Below, piece by piece: positions 48,926 to 61,377 of a stretch of DNA of 64,000 bases (position 1 is the first letter of the stretch; each line of letters opens with the position of its first letter). This DNA comes from Squalus acanthias (taxonomy: Eukaryota), in the NCBI GenBank assembly GCA_030390025.1, contig CM059433.1, positions 22,384,001 through 22,448,000 of the forward strand, read 5' to 3'. The translations under genes and the position numbers were made by a program. The notes under the pieces are model-generated. The model was not told the DNA's origin, did not search any database, and saw nothing but the letters and a program-made list of their open reading frames with translations.

Positions 48926-50065
48926 GGAGGATTTTAACTCCCTCTACTGGATGGAAACTGGGTGGAACAGGAGTTAAAATCCAAATGATGGACTTACCAT
49001 TCTTTTTCCCGCCCTGCAGCCATGTTAATGCCTTTGGTTTCCTGGGTGGTTGAGGTGTCCTCCTGACTCAGTCATGACCCTCATGAATAAATGTAAATTT
49101 GGATCCTATGATGTCATTTGGATTCCTATGTAATTGTAACAGCCAACTGAGTGGAGAGTCCACTGCTTGTGCTTCACTCAGTAAAACCTGCCCAACACCC
49201 AGTGGAGGCCCTGTCAGGTAAGTTTAAACTTATCTTTGGGAGACCCATAGGAGTTGCAGTGCTCCTCTGGACCCCACAAAGATAATTTGGGCTGCTGCTG
49301 CTCTAGGTCGCCCACTTCTGACCTGTGACCCCCCCCCCCCGCGACTTACCTGACTGCCAGCTGGTGATTTCTGGGATGCCCGATCTTTGAGGGCTCAAAA
49401 GCTGGTGAGCTGACTCTGGATGCCTGTTTGGGGTGGGCAGTTGGCTGGTAGAATATTAATGAGGCCTAGTCATTAAAATGGATCGGCCCTCCCACTTTAG
49501 TCCCCGGACAGGCCTGCCACTGTAAGCCATGGACGGGCCTCCCACTTTTTTCTCCGGGCAGGCTTCCCACTGTTCTCTCCAGGCAGGCCTCCCACTGTAG
49601 GCCCCCGGACATGCCTCCCACTGTAGGCCCCACAACATGCCTCCTACTGTAGGCCCCAGGACATGCCTCCTATTGTAGGCCCCAGGACATGCCTCCTACT
49701 GTAGGCCCCAGGACATGCCTCCTACTGTAGGCCCCAGGACATGCCTCCTATTGTAGGCCCCAGGACATGCCTTCTACTGTAGGCCCCAGGACATGCCTCC
49801 TACTGTAGGCCCCAGGACATGCCTCCTACTGTAGGCCCCAGGACATGCCTTCTACTGTAGGCTCCAGGACATGCCTCCTACTGTAGGCCCCAGGACATGC
49901 CTCCTACTGTAGGCCCCAGGACATGCCTCCTACTGTAGGCCCCGGACAGGTTTCCCACTGTAACCCCCAGAGGGGACTCTCACTGTAACCCCCAGAGGGG
50001 ACTCCCACTGCAGCCCCCCAGATGTGCGCCCCACAGGCTTTCTGTCTGGCAGATAAAATTCCCCC
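48926..50065. mobile_element. Degraded Harbinger-type MITE containing a minisatellite
   Basis: Imperfect TIRs GGAGGATTTTAAC / GATAAAATTCCCCC; no clear TSD. Confidence 0.5.
49590..49960. repeat. 26-bp minisatellite ACTGTAGGCCCCAGGACATGCCTCCT, ~14 copies
   Basis: Direct 26-bp periodicity, for example CTGTAGG at 49621 and 49647. Confidence 0.95.
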
Positions 50066-50529
50066 TTGGAACAGAAAAAATCCAAACATTTTTCTATATC
50101 GTAAATGGAAAGTACAAAGCATTGAGGTAACATCTTCTTATAGACAATGTCAGACTTCAGGGAATAGCAAATGATTTTGCATATGTTTGCACCAAAACTG
50201 TCAAATATGCCATATTCTCAACAAATAATCAATTGATGATTATGCACATATATTACTATTTACTAGCTTCAAAATCTGGGGAGAGAAAACTGACATCTCG
50301 TACTCACTTAAGTACACTTCTTGTCAGTCAATCACTGAGGGCGATTGACAGCATGAATGCGGACACCTGCAGACCTAACTTTCCTATCTTCTCAAGGGAA
50401 AGAACCTGTGGATAGTAAAAAAAATCAATGGAACAAGAAAGGATAGAAAGTGAAGCTGGATTTTTGTAATTTAGCAGCTTGCTAATCTGCTCTTAACCAA
50501 CCAAGACCTCAATTAAATCTAGTTTAAAT

Positions 50530-50790
50530 GGATTTAGTCGGTTCAACATTATACTGAGATATACAAACAAGGAAGGTTCCAGATTGTAGCCCTAGTCTGC
50601 GGCGAGTTAACTGATCGAACCAGGGCTGCTAAGTTTGCGCTTAGCATCCCTGGGCTAGGGAGAACGTGAATCAGCGTAACCACTCTTAATCGCCATCAGC
50701 AACACTTACTAGAGTGTGTGTGTAGCAGGCATTAGGGGAAGACAGGATGGGATTCGTCTACGATACAATCAGCCTCCCAACCTTATTTTT
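50530..50790 (+). mobile_element. Ancient SINE, AmnSINE2-like
   Basis: GGAAGGTTCCAG...GTCTGCGGCGAGTTAACTGATC...CCCTGGGCTAGGGAG...GACAGGATGGG resembles my recollection of that consensus; not searched. Confidence 0.45.
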
Positions 50791-51066
50791 CAAAGCACCC
50801 TTTGCACAGGACAGCATACCTGGAAGGAGATGGGGAAAGAGAGTTTGAGGGCACAGGTGCCATCACTGCCTTTGGCAGTGCCAACCCTTTAGTGCACAAT
50901 AGCTACAGGTACACAATCCTGCACTTGGTGCTCTGGAACAAAATACACATGTCCCATCTGCACACTTCACATCCTAGAAAAAGGGAATACTGCATAATTG
51001 AAAACAATCAGATCTGCTAGTTAAACCCGGTAGCATATTACCATTATTGAAATCATTGGACTCTAA

Positions 51067-51792
51067 GCGGGCAAAATTCAGTTGTTTTGCGCCTCGTTAA
51101 CATCCTAAGAGGGCGCTAATGGGGCGCAAAGCAACTAGCGCCCGGGCACGGTGCCGCTAACGCCTCCCGCGAAATTCAGCGGGAGGTTAGCGGCAGCGGT
51201 AGCCGGTAGCGCTCCATGGTGCTGCGCCTCCGGCAATGACATCATCGCCGTGCGCAGCGCCCCGCTCACACCCCGGCCGCAAACTTTGGTCGCACCCCCT
51301 GACTTACCATCGGACGCTATGTCCGACAGGGTCAGGGGGCCGTACGTGTGACCGGGACGGTGATAATTAAAGGGGAGGTGCCAGGCGGCCATTTTATTTG
51401 CTGGCCGCCTGCCAGCACCTGCCCCCTCTGCCGTCCCCCGACCCCTCTGCCATCCTCTTGAGTGCCGGGCTCTTTTGCCGGCACCCTGATCCCTGGTGGC
51501 CCAGCTGGGCCCCGGGTCGCACTGCGCAAGGCACCTCCCCTTTAATAAGGGGATGTAGGCTTGCAGTACCGCGGCGCAATGTACCGGCGTGCATGGTGCT
51601 GCAGCAGGTAGCGCTGCGATATTCCCTGGGAGCGCCCTAAGAGGGAGGGGGAGCATTTCCAGTAGCGCCACGCCTCCTTTTGGGGCGCTACCATTCAATT
51701 TCGGGCGCGGGGCGCTAACCTTTTTGGGGTGCTAAAAGTAGCACCCCGGCGAAGTTAGCGCCCCAAAGGGAGCGCGACCGAATTTTTGCCCC
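51067..51792. mobile_element. GC-rich Harbinger MITE, 726 bp
   Basis: TIRs GCGGGCAAAATTC / GAATTTTTGCCCC; canonical TAA TSD (51064-51066, 51793-51795); left arm nearly matches 26489-26570. Confidence 0.9.
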
Positions 51793-52019
51793 TAAAAGTT
51801 AAAAAGTAAATAGCTGTGAGCATCAGAAATTTTGCTGCATTTGTTTTTTTTTGTGTGTATAGAGGAATAACAATCAGCAACTCTTGTTATCTTCCTGGCA
51901 CATAGCTGTACAAGTGACAGCAAGTAAGGCTGAAATCGTACATAATTCACTGAAACAGGAGAGTGCTAAAAAGATTACAGATTACCTAACGTAATTCCCA
52001 TTTTCAGCTAGAAAAATAG

Positions 52020-52490
52020 AGGTTAGTTTGAAGGAAGCAATTGAGGAGCCTCTACTGAAAATGATGATGATAAATGAAAGCCAAGCTGCCTTTATGAAAG
52101 AAAGGTCAGCCTTATGATCTTTGCAAGAAGTTTTTCAGCATTAAACCAACTTAGTACATGAATGAAGTGCAGTCGATAAATGTCTTGACTTTTGGAAAGT
52201 ATTCACCAAAAACATTTACTTAGGGCTCCCTCAATGTCTCGGCAAGAACAAAGACGCTAAAGAGGATAAAGGTTTTCACAATTATGAAATGTGTGATAGC
52301 AAGGGATTGATAAATGGGAAAGATCTACCACTGAGTCAAGAACTAAAGGGCATGCATTAAAGATCATCACCAAAGTATGAAGGGAAAGATTAAGGGAAAT
52401 CTTTTTGTGCAGAGGTCTGTTACAACGTGGACTGTCCTATCAGAAACAATGGTGGAAGCAAAATCCATAAGAACTTTTAAAAGGAAAGTT
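52020..52490 (+). mobile_element. Highly degraded CR1 RT and 3' remnants
   Basis: CTTGACTTTTGGAAAGTATTC (LDFxKxF) and NLFVQRSVTTWTVLSETMVEAKSIRTFKRK. Confidence 0.6.
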
Positions 52491-54072
52491 GACCCGCCCG
52501 GTCAATACCTCCCTCCACTTCCTGATCGCTTCCTCCCCCTTCTCCTGGTTTCCTCCCCCCCCCTTTACCAAGAGCTACCTGTGGGCTGCTGTCAGTGACA
52601 CAGAGCCCGAATTTCAAATCGCCTTTGCCGGGGAGCTGCCTGAGGACACCCAGCAGGTGTTTGTAGTCTTATGCAAATGAGGCCCGAGGGCCAATATCGG
52701 GTGGGCCTTGGGCCTACCCGTTTAGGCGCAGGGATCGTTTCCTCTGGCAACCAATTTCTAGGCCAATGAATTTTGGTCACAAATCTGACAGCTTTTTGAT
52801 TGGAGCAATATCTCTTCGGGACAGTGATAACATAAGTATATAGGAAAAGGTAACGGATATAAATAGCAAATACGTCCCATTGAAGCTCATCCATCCAGTG
52901 CCCTAACTCTTCCATCAAAGCCTCCAATTCTATCTTGAGTAAACCTTAATGTTTTTGCCTGGCAGATTATTCCAAATATTTATAATTCTTTGATTAAAGA
53001 TATATCTCTTCTGATTTCACTTTTCACTCATTTCCATTTATGTTTTTTGGACCTACTTTCCTAATTTATTTTACCTATAAAATGTTATACACCTGAGTGA
53101 GATTCTCACCTAACCACCTTCTTTCAAAACTGTAGCTGTGCGCTAATCTTCTTTGTAACTCATGAACTTCACAATTAAGATCAATTTTATTGCTCTTTTC
53201 TTACGATTTACAGGGAAAGATGCCTCGGGATTGAGAAGCACGTGCTTGTATGAGCACAGATATAATTCTAAAGGAGGGTCTAGGGGTGGGTGTGTAGAAT
53301 GACTTGCAATTTAGTGAAACTGAGATGAAATTTCACGTTGACTCAGGCTGCAATTACACAATTAAATGAAGAAGAAATATAAGGCAAGTGGGGACCGTTG
53401 GTGTTTTAATAACTGGCTGGTTCATCCTATGCCCTCAAAACATTACACCCACTTCATTTAGAAATATTGAATGAAAAGATTAGCTTGATTAGTCAGCAGA
53501 AAACTGTGCTGCAAATGATCGAAGGACATTCCTTTGCAACATCAAAATAAAAAAAAGGGAGTATGTTATCTTAATGAGGAAGAAGGAGTAGGTCTGACAG
53601 ATATATACAGGTAGATTATTCGGGGCCTAGATCTAGGCATACTGGACCCCCTGGGTATAGAAAATAGAGGGAAATTGAATGGGGAGGATTGCATGCCCAG
53701 AAGGCAGCCTCCCCATTTTCCCATTCATCATCTTAAATGGATGGAAAAAATAGGTGGGCTCCTTTCCTGGCACGCACTCCTCCCCTGTTGAGTTTTCTGT
53801 AGTCACTGTGCCCAGGTGATCCAGTACACCCAGGCACATGCCCCAGAAATCTGCCCTATAATGTGTTAGATTTGAATAGCAATGATATTCTGCATCTTGA
53901 GCGACAAATAGCTAAAAGTGCTGAAGATCTCTTGTTGAATCACGTAACAGAGACAATAAAAGTCAGAAAGAGCATTCTGAAAATATGAATAAGAGACTGG
54001 AATAGAACTCAGATCAGGCTGGAGAATATAGGTCATGGGAGGCCAGGTAAATAGCAGAGTAGAATTACTCAC

Positions 54073-54139
54073 CTGTACATATTGAAAATACACTAGAATT
54101 AATATGCCAGGCTCAAGAACCATCAAAGCAAACAGATTT
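54073..54139 (-). other. Candidate 67-nt internal exon
   Basis: Strong acceptor CATTTTCTTTTAG and donor CAG/GTGAGT; the only open frame reads NLFALMVLEPGILILVYFQYVQ. Confidence 0.35.
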
Positions 54140-54405
54140 CTAAAAGAAAATGTAGATTTTCCTGATAATTCAACAGTCATCCACAAAATATTAAATGGCT
54201 GCCATTCCCTTCAAACATGAACATAGTTCTCCATAGATCATTCAGGGCCTTACCAAACACATTGAGGAATATATCAGCAAAAGGCATTCAGCTATAGTTC
54301 TATAAAACCCTCAAATTCTGTACAGTTCACAAAAGACTGAACTGTAGCATCAGGGAGTTATGCTAAACCTTTATAAATCACTGATTAGGCCTCAGCTGGA
54401 GTATT

Positions 54406-57181
54406 GAGTGGAATTTTAACCCCCAAGAATGGGTGCATTGGGGGACGGGTGGGTAGTTAAAATAAGTGGATTTGAGATCACGACTCAGGCTCCAATGCGC
54501 ACATTTCTGGGTTTAACGGTGAGGTGTTTCGATGCTTGCGAGTAACTGACTCACCAAAGTCGAGGCTTTAATTGGTGTGGGCGGGCTGAAATTAACATCC
54601 TAAGGAGACAATAATGAGGTCTTTTTCAATTGAATTTTACTTACCTTTAAATTTAACGTCTCCAGCACAGGTTTTCCAGGGCTCGGGAAACTGACCAGGG
54701 AAACGGAGGCGATATTGAGCTGCAGTTCAGGTATCAACTGTGATTGCCCCATCTGAATAAAACCCTCACTATTACAGCTGGTGTCTCAGTTCCCTCTGGC
54801 AAACGTTTGGCAGAGAGTTCTTGTGTTGATACAGTTTTTTCTAAATTTTGGAGGCTTCCAAACTGGCAACATCATGATGGGGGGGCTTGTTGGATGTGTT
54901 TGACGGCACATCAGAAGAGGCAGGACCATCACCATCCACGGCAGCGATGACGTGCTGTGGTGGGAACAGCACGTGAACAGGAGAGATGTGAACAGGAGGG
55001 AGGTGAACAGGAGAGAGGTGCACAGGGGGGAGGGGCACAGGAAAGAGGTGCACAGGAGAGAGGTGCACAGGAGAGAGGGGCACAGGGGGAGGGGCACAGG
55101 AGAGAGGGGCACAGGGGGGAGGGGCACAGGAGAGAGGTGCACAGGAGGGAGGTGCACAGGAGAGAGGGGCACAGGAGGGAGGTGCACAGGGGGGAGGGGC
55201 ACAGGAAAGAGGTGCACAGGAGAGAGGTGCACAGGAGAGAGGGGCACAGGGGGGAGGGGCACAGGAGAGAGGGGCACAGGGGGGAGGGGCACAGGAGAGA
55301 GGTGCACAGGAGGGAGGTGCACAGGAGGGAGGTGAACAGGAGGGAGGTGAACAGGAGAGAGGTGAACAGGAGGGAGGTGCACAGGGGGGAGGTGAACAGG
55401 AGGGAGGTGAACAGGAGAGAGGCGCACAGGGGGGAGGTGTACAGGGGGGAGGGGCACAGGAGGGAGGTGCACAGGAGAGAGGTGCACAGGGGGGAGGTGT
55501 ACAGGAGGGAGGTGCACAGGAGGGAGGTGCACAGGGGGGAGGTGTACAGGGGGGAGGGGCACAGGAGGGAGGTGCACAGGAGAGAGGTGCACAGGGGGGA
55601 GGTGCACAGGGGGGAGGGGCACAGGAGGGAGGTGCACAGGAGAGAGGTGCACAGGGGGGAGGTGTACAGGAGGGAGGTGCACAGGAGGGAGGTGCACAGG
55701 GGGGAGGTGAACAGGAGGGAGGTGAACAGGAGGGAGGTGAACAGGAAGGTGGTGCACAGGAGAGAGGCGCACAGGAGAGAGGTGCACAGGAGGGAGGTGC
55801 ACAGGAGAGAGGCACAGGAGAGAGGTGCACAGGAGAGAGGTGCACAGGGGGGAGGTGTACAGGAGGGAGGTGCACAGGAGGGAGGTGCACAGGGGGGAGG
55901 TGAACAGGAGGGAGGTGAACAGGAGGGAGGTGAACAGGAGGGTGGTGCACAGGAGAGAGGCGCACAGGAGGGAGGTGCACAGGGGGGAGGTGAACAGGAG
56001 GGAGGTGAACAGGAGAGAGGCGCACAGGAGGGAGGTGCACAGGGGGGAGGGGCACAGGAGAGAGGTGCACAGGAGAGAGGTGCACAGGGGGGAGGGGCAC
56101 AGGAGAGAGGTGCACAGGAGAGAGGTGCACAGGAGAGAGGCACAGGAGAGAGGTGCACAGGAGAGAGGTGCACAGGGGGGAGGTGTACAGGAGGGAGGTG
56201 CACAGGAGGGAGGTGCACAGGGGGGAGGTGAACAGGAGGGAGGTGAACAGGAGGGAGGTGAACAGGAGGGTGGTGCACAGGAGAGAGGCGCACAGGAGGG
56301 AGGTGCACAGGGGGGAGGTGCACAGGAGAGAGGCACAGGAGAGAGGTGCACAGGAGAGAGGTGCACAGGGGGGAGGTGTACAGGAGGGAGGTGCACAGGA
56401 GAGAGGTGCACAGGAGGGAGGTGCACAGGAGAGAGGCACAGGAGAGAGGTGCACAGGAGAGAGGTGCACAGGAGGGAGGTGCACAGGAGAGAGGCACAGG
56501 AGAGAGGTGCACAGGAGAGAGGTGCACAGGGGGGAGGTGTACAGGAGGGAGGTGCACAGGAGGGAGGTGCACAGGGGGGAGGTGAACAGGAGGGAGGTGA
56601 ACAGGAGGGAGGTGAACAGGAAGGTGGTGCACAGGAGAGAGGCGCACAGGAGGGAGGTGCACAGGGGGGAGGGGCACAGGAGAGAGGTGCACAGGAGGGA
56701 GGGGCACAGGAGAGAGGTGCACAGGAGAGAGGTGCACAGGAGAGAGACACAGGAGAGAGGCACAGGAGAGAGGCACAGGAGAGAGGTGCACAGGGGGGAG
56801 GTGCACAGGAGAGAGGTGCACAGGAGGGAGGTGCACAGGAGAGAGATGCACAGGAGAGAGGTGCACAGGAGAGAGAGGCACAGGAGAGAGGTGCACAGGA
56901 GAGAGATGCACAGGAGAGAGGTGCACAGGAGAGAGGTGCACAGGGGAGAGGTGCACAGGAGAGAGGTGCACAGGAGAGAGGTGTACAGGAGAGAGGGGCA
57001 CAGGAGAGAGGCACAGGAGGGAGGCGCACAGGAGGGAGGGGAACAGGAGAGAGGAGCACAGGAGGGAGGTGCACAGGAGAGAGGTGCACAGGAGAGGGGC
57101 CGAGTTTGCAAGGTATACAAAAAGAGGCTGAGCTTCCTTGACCTCTCAAAAGAGCTGTGCTTCCGCAGGCTAAGATACTGA
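54406..57181 (+). mobile_element. Harbinger left arm plus transposase N-terminus, inflated by a minisatellite
   Basis: TIR-like GTGGAATTTTAACCCC; ATG GGG start near 54877. After the array the frame reads KVYKKRLSFLDLSKELCFRRLRY, like RVFREHFSNLQLCEEQCIRRLHF at 590-1402. Confidence 0.65.
54973..57097. repeat. 15-bp G-rich minisatellite (CACAGGAGAGAGGTG and variants), ~140 copies
   Basis: Direct periodicity over 2.1 kb, with occasional 13-bp units and repeated variant blocks. Confidence 0.97.
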
Positions 57182-57314
57182 GAGTAAAAATATGAAAAAA
57201 AAAAAAAATTTTTGCTTAAATTTTACAAAACTCAAACTAAAGTTTGATTTAAAATTTTGGCACAAAAGATTAGATTAAAATTGGGATGACTTTTTTTTAT
57301 GAAGAATCTCTCCT

Positions 57315-57755
57315 TACCAATCTCCCTGCTTCCACCTTCCACAAGCTACAATTCATTTAGAATCCGTGGTCTCTGTCCGAATCTACACACACACCCTCAC
57401 TCCTGTCCTTGCTGAGCTCCAATAGCTCCCTGTTCCCCGAAAATTGATGTAAAGAAACCTGACCTTGCTTTCCAATCCTTCCTTGGCCTCACCCCACGTT
57501 ACATCAATGATTTCTCTAGCCAAATGTTCCTGAGTGCACCTTTTGCTCCCCTGACACCAATTTACTACTCATTTCCCACTTCCTCTATTCCACCATTGCG
57601 AGCTTTCTTCTAGAACAGCCAACTTGTGAGCTGCCTCCTTGCTTTCACACCCTCCTAAAGACCATTCTCTTCAGCTGTGCTTCCCCGCCCACTTTTTGTC
57701 CCTACTACTTGGTTTCCGCTCTCTTTGTCCACAACCTTATGAAGCACTTTGAAGC
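57315..57755 (+). mobile_element. Old L2-like LINE 3' fragment
   Basis: LPASTFHKLQFI and HTLTPVLAEL*LPV resemble the L2 motifs LQLIQN...HITPVL..LHWLPV. Confidence 0.6.
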
Positions 57756-57756
57756 A

Positions 57757-57902
57757 TAGGGGCATAGTGTATAACAGCAAAGAAGTTTTGCTAAACCTTT
57801 ATTAAACACTGGTTAGGCCTCAGCTGGAGCACTGTGGCCAATTCTGGGCTCCACACTTTAGGAAGGATGTCAAGGCCTTAGAGAGCACGCAGAGGAGATT
57901 TA
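57757..57902 (+). mobile_element. CR1 fragment
   Basis: CTGGTTAGGCCTCAGCTGGAG...CACTTTAGGAAGGATGTCAAGGCC encodes LVRPQLE...HFRKDVKA. Confidence 0.8.
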
Positions 57903-58466
57903 TTGTTAGTGTTGAAGATGGTGGAGTAAATGTTATGATTTAGCTCTCGTGGCAGAACATTTTGCACGATGGGGCTACGTATTGAGAATTCAGGTACAGA
58001 GGTTACGTAGCGTTTCGTAAAATTTACAGCACAGAAACTGGCCATTCAGCTCAACGGGTCTATGCCACTGTTTATGCTCTGCACGAGCCTTCTCCCAAAG
58101 GTTAGTGTACCCAATTCACAACCTGCATGATTTTTGTCCGTTAAAAATCAATGGAAAAAGTTGTGGGCTGCAAATCAGGTTTATCAATACATGAATTTAT
58201 GAAATGCACTCCCTTTGCACAAGGCTCTGTGCCGGGAGCATAAACATATCCCATGGTTAAAATAAGACTAATATTCAAAATTCAGGAAACATGAGTAAAA
58301 CTGAAATTCCTCCTTTACTTGTTTCCCTGTTTCCACCTTTACTTCAAGTTCTCTGTTTCCTCCTCTTCTTCCTTTCACTACCTTAATCTCTTTCCCTTTT
58401 CATACTCCTCTGTTCGACTTTATTCTCCTATTTGTTTCTGCAACAATTTTTCCCTGTTTCCTGCAG

Positions 58467-58598
58467 TACATCGAGGGAAGAAGCCGGACCAGTGGTAGCC
58501 GGGTGGAAAGCAGGAGTGGGACTGGAGGCGATAAAATGGACAGCAGGACCAGCAGGCTGTCAGAAGAGGCAGAAGTCGACAGTGAAGAACATAAATAA
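58467..58598 (+). CDS. Candidate terminal coding exon of an unidentified gene
   Basis: Long pyrimidine tract ending TTTCCTGCAG; purine-rich frame YIEGRSRTSGSRVESRSGTGGDKMDSRTSRLSEEAEVDSEEHK*; AATAAA overlaps the stop. Confidence 0.35.
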   Translation, partial: YIEGRSRTSGSRVESRSGTGGDKMDSRTSRLSEEAEVDSEEHK

Positions 58599-59254
58599 AA
58601 CCTGCATTGTTTGTCATGGACACCAGCCCACCAGCAGGATCTTTTGCAGCACTGTGATATTGTCATTCAGGCTTCATAAAGTGTCAATGCTATTCCTCTC
58701 AGCTTTGGGCCTGTTCTTGCTGTTGCCTACCTGGACAGGCCTGCCACCCCACCCACATACGCCACAGCTTATGAACCACTGGGTTTGACATTATATTCTT
58801 CCATTTGTAGCAAAGGATTATTCATTGTTAACAACAGTTGGAAGCACTGTGGGTAATGGCAATCCATCACCAAAAATGGACCATGTGAAATGTATACCAC
58901 TATGGATAGAAGGATATTATACTGCCAAGGTAGAAACATGTCAACATAGCAGGAAATAGCATTGAAGCATGTTCAACATGAGAGATCACAATTCATTGCA
59001 CAGCTTGCTTCCTTCTGTTATGAGATCCTAAACATCTAATAGAAGGATACCTCAGAAAAGAGGATAAGTTATGACTCCAGGAAAGCTTAACCTGATGTAT
59101 CAGCATTAAAATAGAGCTTAGAGCAAATGTTTTTGACAGTTGAGATAAAGTATTCTAAGCTACTGTTGCACCGTGTATGGGTGGAACCGGCAGACGGATA
59201 GCTTATGTCCACTAATCTAGAAAGGAGAACAGTCCTGTCATTTTCCCAAGCCAG

Positions 59255-59352
59255 AGGGAAAGCAATTATAGTACCAATTGACAAGGGGAAGAAAAGATAA
59301 ACTCAACCGCAAAAATTACCATGCAATCAGTTTACAAGGTCATGCTGCAAAA
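59255..59352 (+). mobile_element. Very old RTE-like RT remnant
   Basis: KAIIVPIDKGK then, after a frameshift, DKLNRKNYHAISLQGHAAK (compare IVPIYKKG...NYRxISLLSHxxK). Confidence 0.5.
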
Positions 59353-60131
59353 TAAGAAATGATTACCATAAGTCCTGCAATGGATGAGAAGGTAAGTCGA
59401 AGCGATCCTCTCTGATGTATGTCTGCACAAATCGAAGTGAAAGTGTACTCTACACTTACAACGCCAATGTTGATGCACCATGGAGAATCGCAAAGTGTGA
59501 AGACAACAATGCGTGAATGAACTCTTTGCACAGTGATAGAATGAAAAGCAGGAGAATATTTTAATAACCAGGACTAGAGCTGAATATAGTAGAATTAGAT
59601 TCTTTGAACAATTAACAGGGATGACTGCAGAGTATTACCCATTGCACTACACGATCCTTGAAGAAGCCTGCTGAACTCTTGGCTTGATTGTGTATGTATG
59701 CTGATATCTCTGGAGCTGGTGCAGATAGTGACATGTAGAAGTATCACATGGGATAGAAGAAATTGGAATAATTTGATATTGTAGTTTTATTTATCTCATA
59801 AAAGCAAACAAAATGCAGGAAATTGGCAGAAATCTTCAGCACTCACTTGTAGTTTTGTCAATGATGATCTATGCAGTCTTTCTCACAAGTGGGATGGATA
59901 CGGCACTCTATCATTACCCATTGTCATCATTGATTTGTAAATATTATCTATAAAACAAACTTCTTCGAGTTAATATACTCAGGAGAAACCCAAAACTCAC
60001 TAAGTTGAGACATGATGGTGTTTCTTGTTCCTCTGAATTTGTTATAACAACTTTTAATTAATTCAATTAAAGGAATTGAAGACCATGGGGGAAGAATTGT
60101 TCTGGTTGTTAGATAAATGTGTTACAAAGAT

Positions 60132-61377
60132 TATACTAAAGCAGGTGCATGAGCAGAGAGACCTAGGGGTATATGTGCACAAATCATTGAAGGTGGCAGG
60201 GCAGGTTGAGAAAGCGGTTAAAAAGCTTACAGGATCCTGGGCTTCATAAACATTCTTGCTATTGAGGGAGTGCAGCGAAGGTTCACTAGATTGATTCCTG
60301 GGATGGCCGGACTGACATATCAAGAAAGATTGGGTCAACTGAACTTGTATCCTCTGGAGTTCAGAAGAATGAGGGGGGATCTTATAGAGACATTTAAAAT
60401 CCTGACTGGTTTAGACAAATTAGATGCGGGCAGAATGTTCCCAATGGTAGGGAAAACTAGAACCAGGGGTCACAGTCTAAGGATTAAGGGGAAGCCATTT
60501 AGGACTGAGCTGAGGAGGAACTTCTTCACCCAGAGAGTGGTGAATCTATGGAATTCTCTTCCACAGAAGGTTGTTGAGGCCAGTTCGCTAAATATATTCA
60601 AAAGGGAGTTAGATATAACACTCACAACTAAGGGGATCAAGGGGTATGGCGAGAAAGCAGGAATGGGGTACTGAGGTAGCATGTTCAGCCATGAACGCAT
60701 TGAATGGCGGTGCAGGCTCGAAGGACCGAATGGTCTACTCCTGTACCTATTTTCTATGTTCTATGTTTCTATGTTTCAAATAGAGGTATAGAGTACAAAA
60801 GCATGAAAATTATGATGAACCTGTATAAAACACTAGTTTGGCCTCAACTGGAGTATTGGGTCCAATTCTGGGCGCCGCACTTTAGGAAGGATGTGAAGGC
60901 CTTAGATAGGGTGCAGAAAAGATTTATGAAAATGATTCCAGGGTTGAGGGACGTCAGTTACGTGGATAGACTGGAGAAGCTGGGGTTGTTCTCCTTAGAG
61001 CAGAGAAGATTGAAAGGAGATTTGATAGAGGTGTTCAAAATCATGAGGGGTCTGGACAGAGTAGATAGAGAGAAACTGTTCCCATTGGCAGAAGGGTTGA
61101 GAACCAGAGGACACAGATTCAAGGTGATTGGCAAAAGAACCAAAGGCGACATAAGAAAAAACTTTTTTACTCAGCGAGTGGTTAGGATCTGGAATGCACT
61201 GCCTGAAAGGGTGATGGAAGCAGATTCAATCACAGCTTTCAAAAGGGAGTTGGATAAGTACCTGAAAGAAAAACATTTGCAGGGCTATGGATAAAGGACG
61301 GGGAGTGGTACTAGCTGAAGTGCTCTTGCAGAAGGCCAAATGGCCTTCTTCCATGCTGTAATCATTCTATGATTCTA
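60132..61377 (+). mobile_element. CR1 3' part interrupted by another CR1
   Basis: Matches 19270-20030; ORF 60704..61294; ATTCTATG tail. Confidence 0.92.
60251..60777 (+). mobile_element. Nested CR1 3' fragment
   Basis: ORF 60270..60674; (TATGTTTC)n tail; AAA flanks both sides and the host reads GFIN / RGIEYKS across it. Confidence 0.9.

Noticed and set aside
54786..57181. 342-787 aa ORFs on both strands (Cys/Pro-rich and REVHR repeats)
   Set aside because: Artefact of a stop-poor 15-bp repeat that stays open in most frames.
54345..57902. One CR1 split by the Harbinger/minisatellite block
   Set aside because: The fragments at 54345-54405 and 57757-57902 cover the same part of CR1 and differ in sequence, so they are separate pieces.
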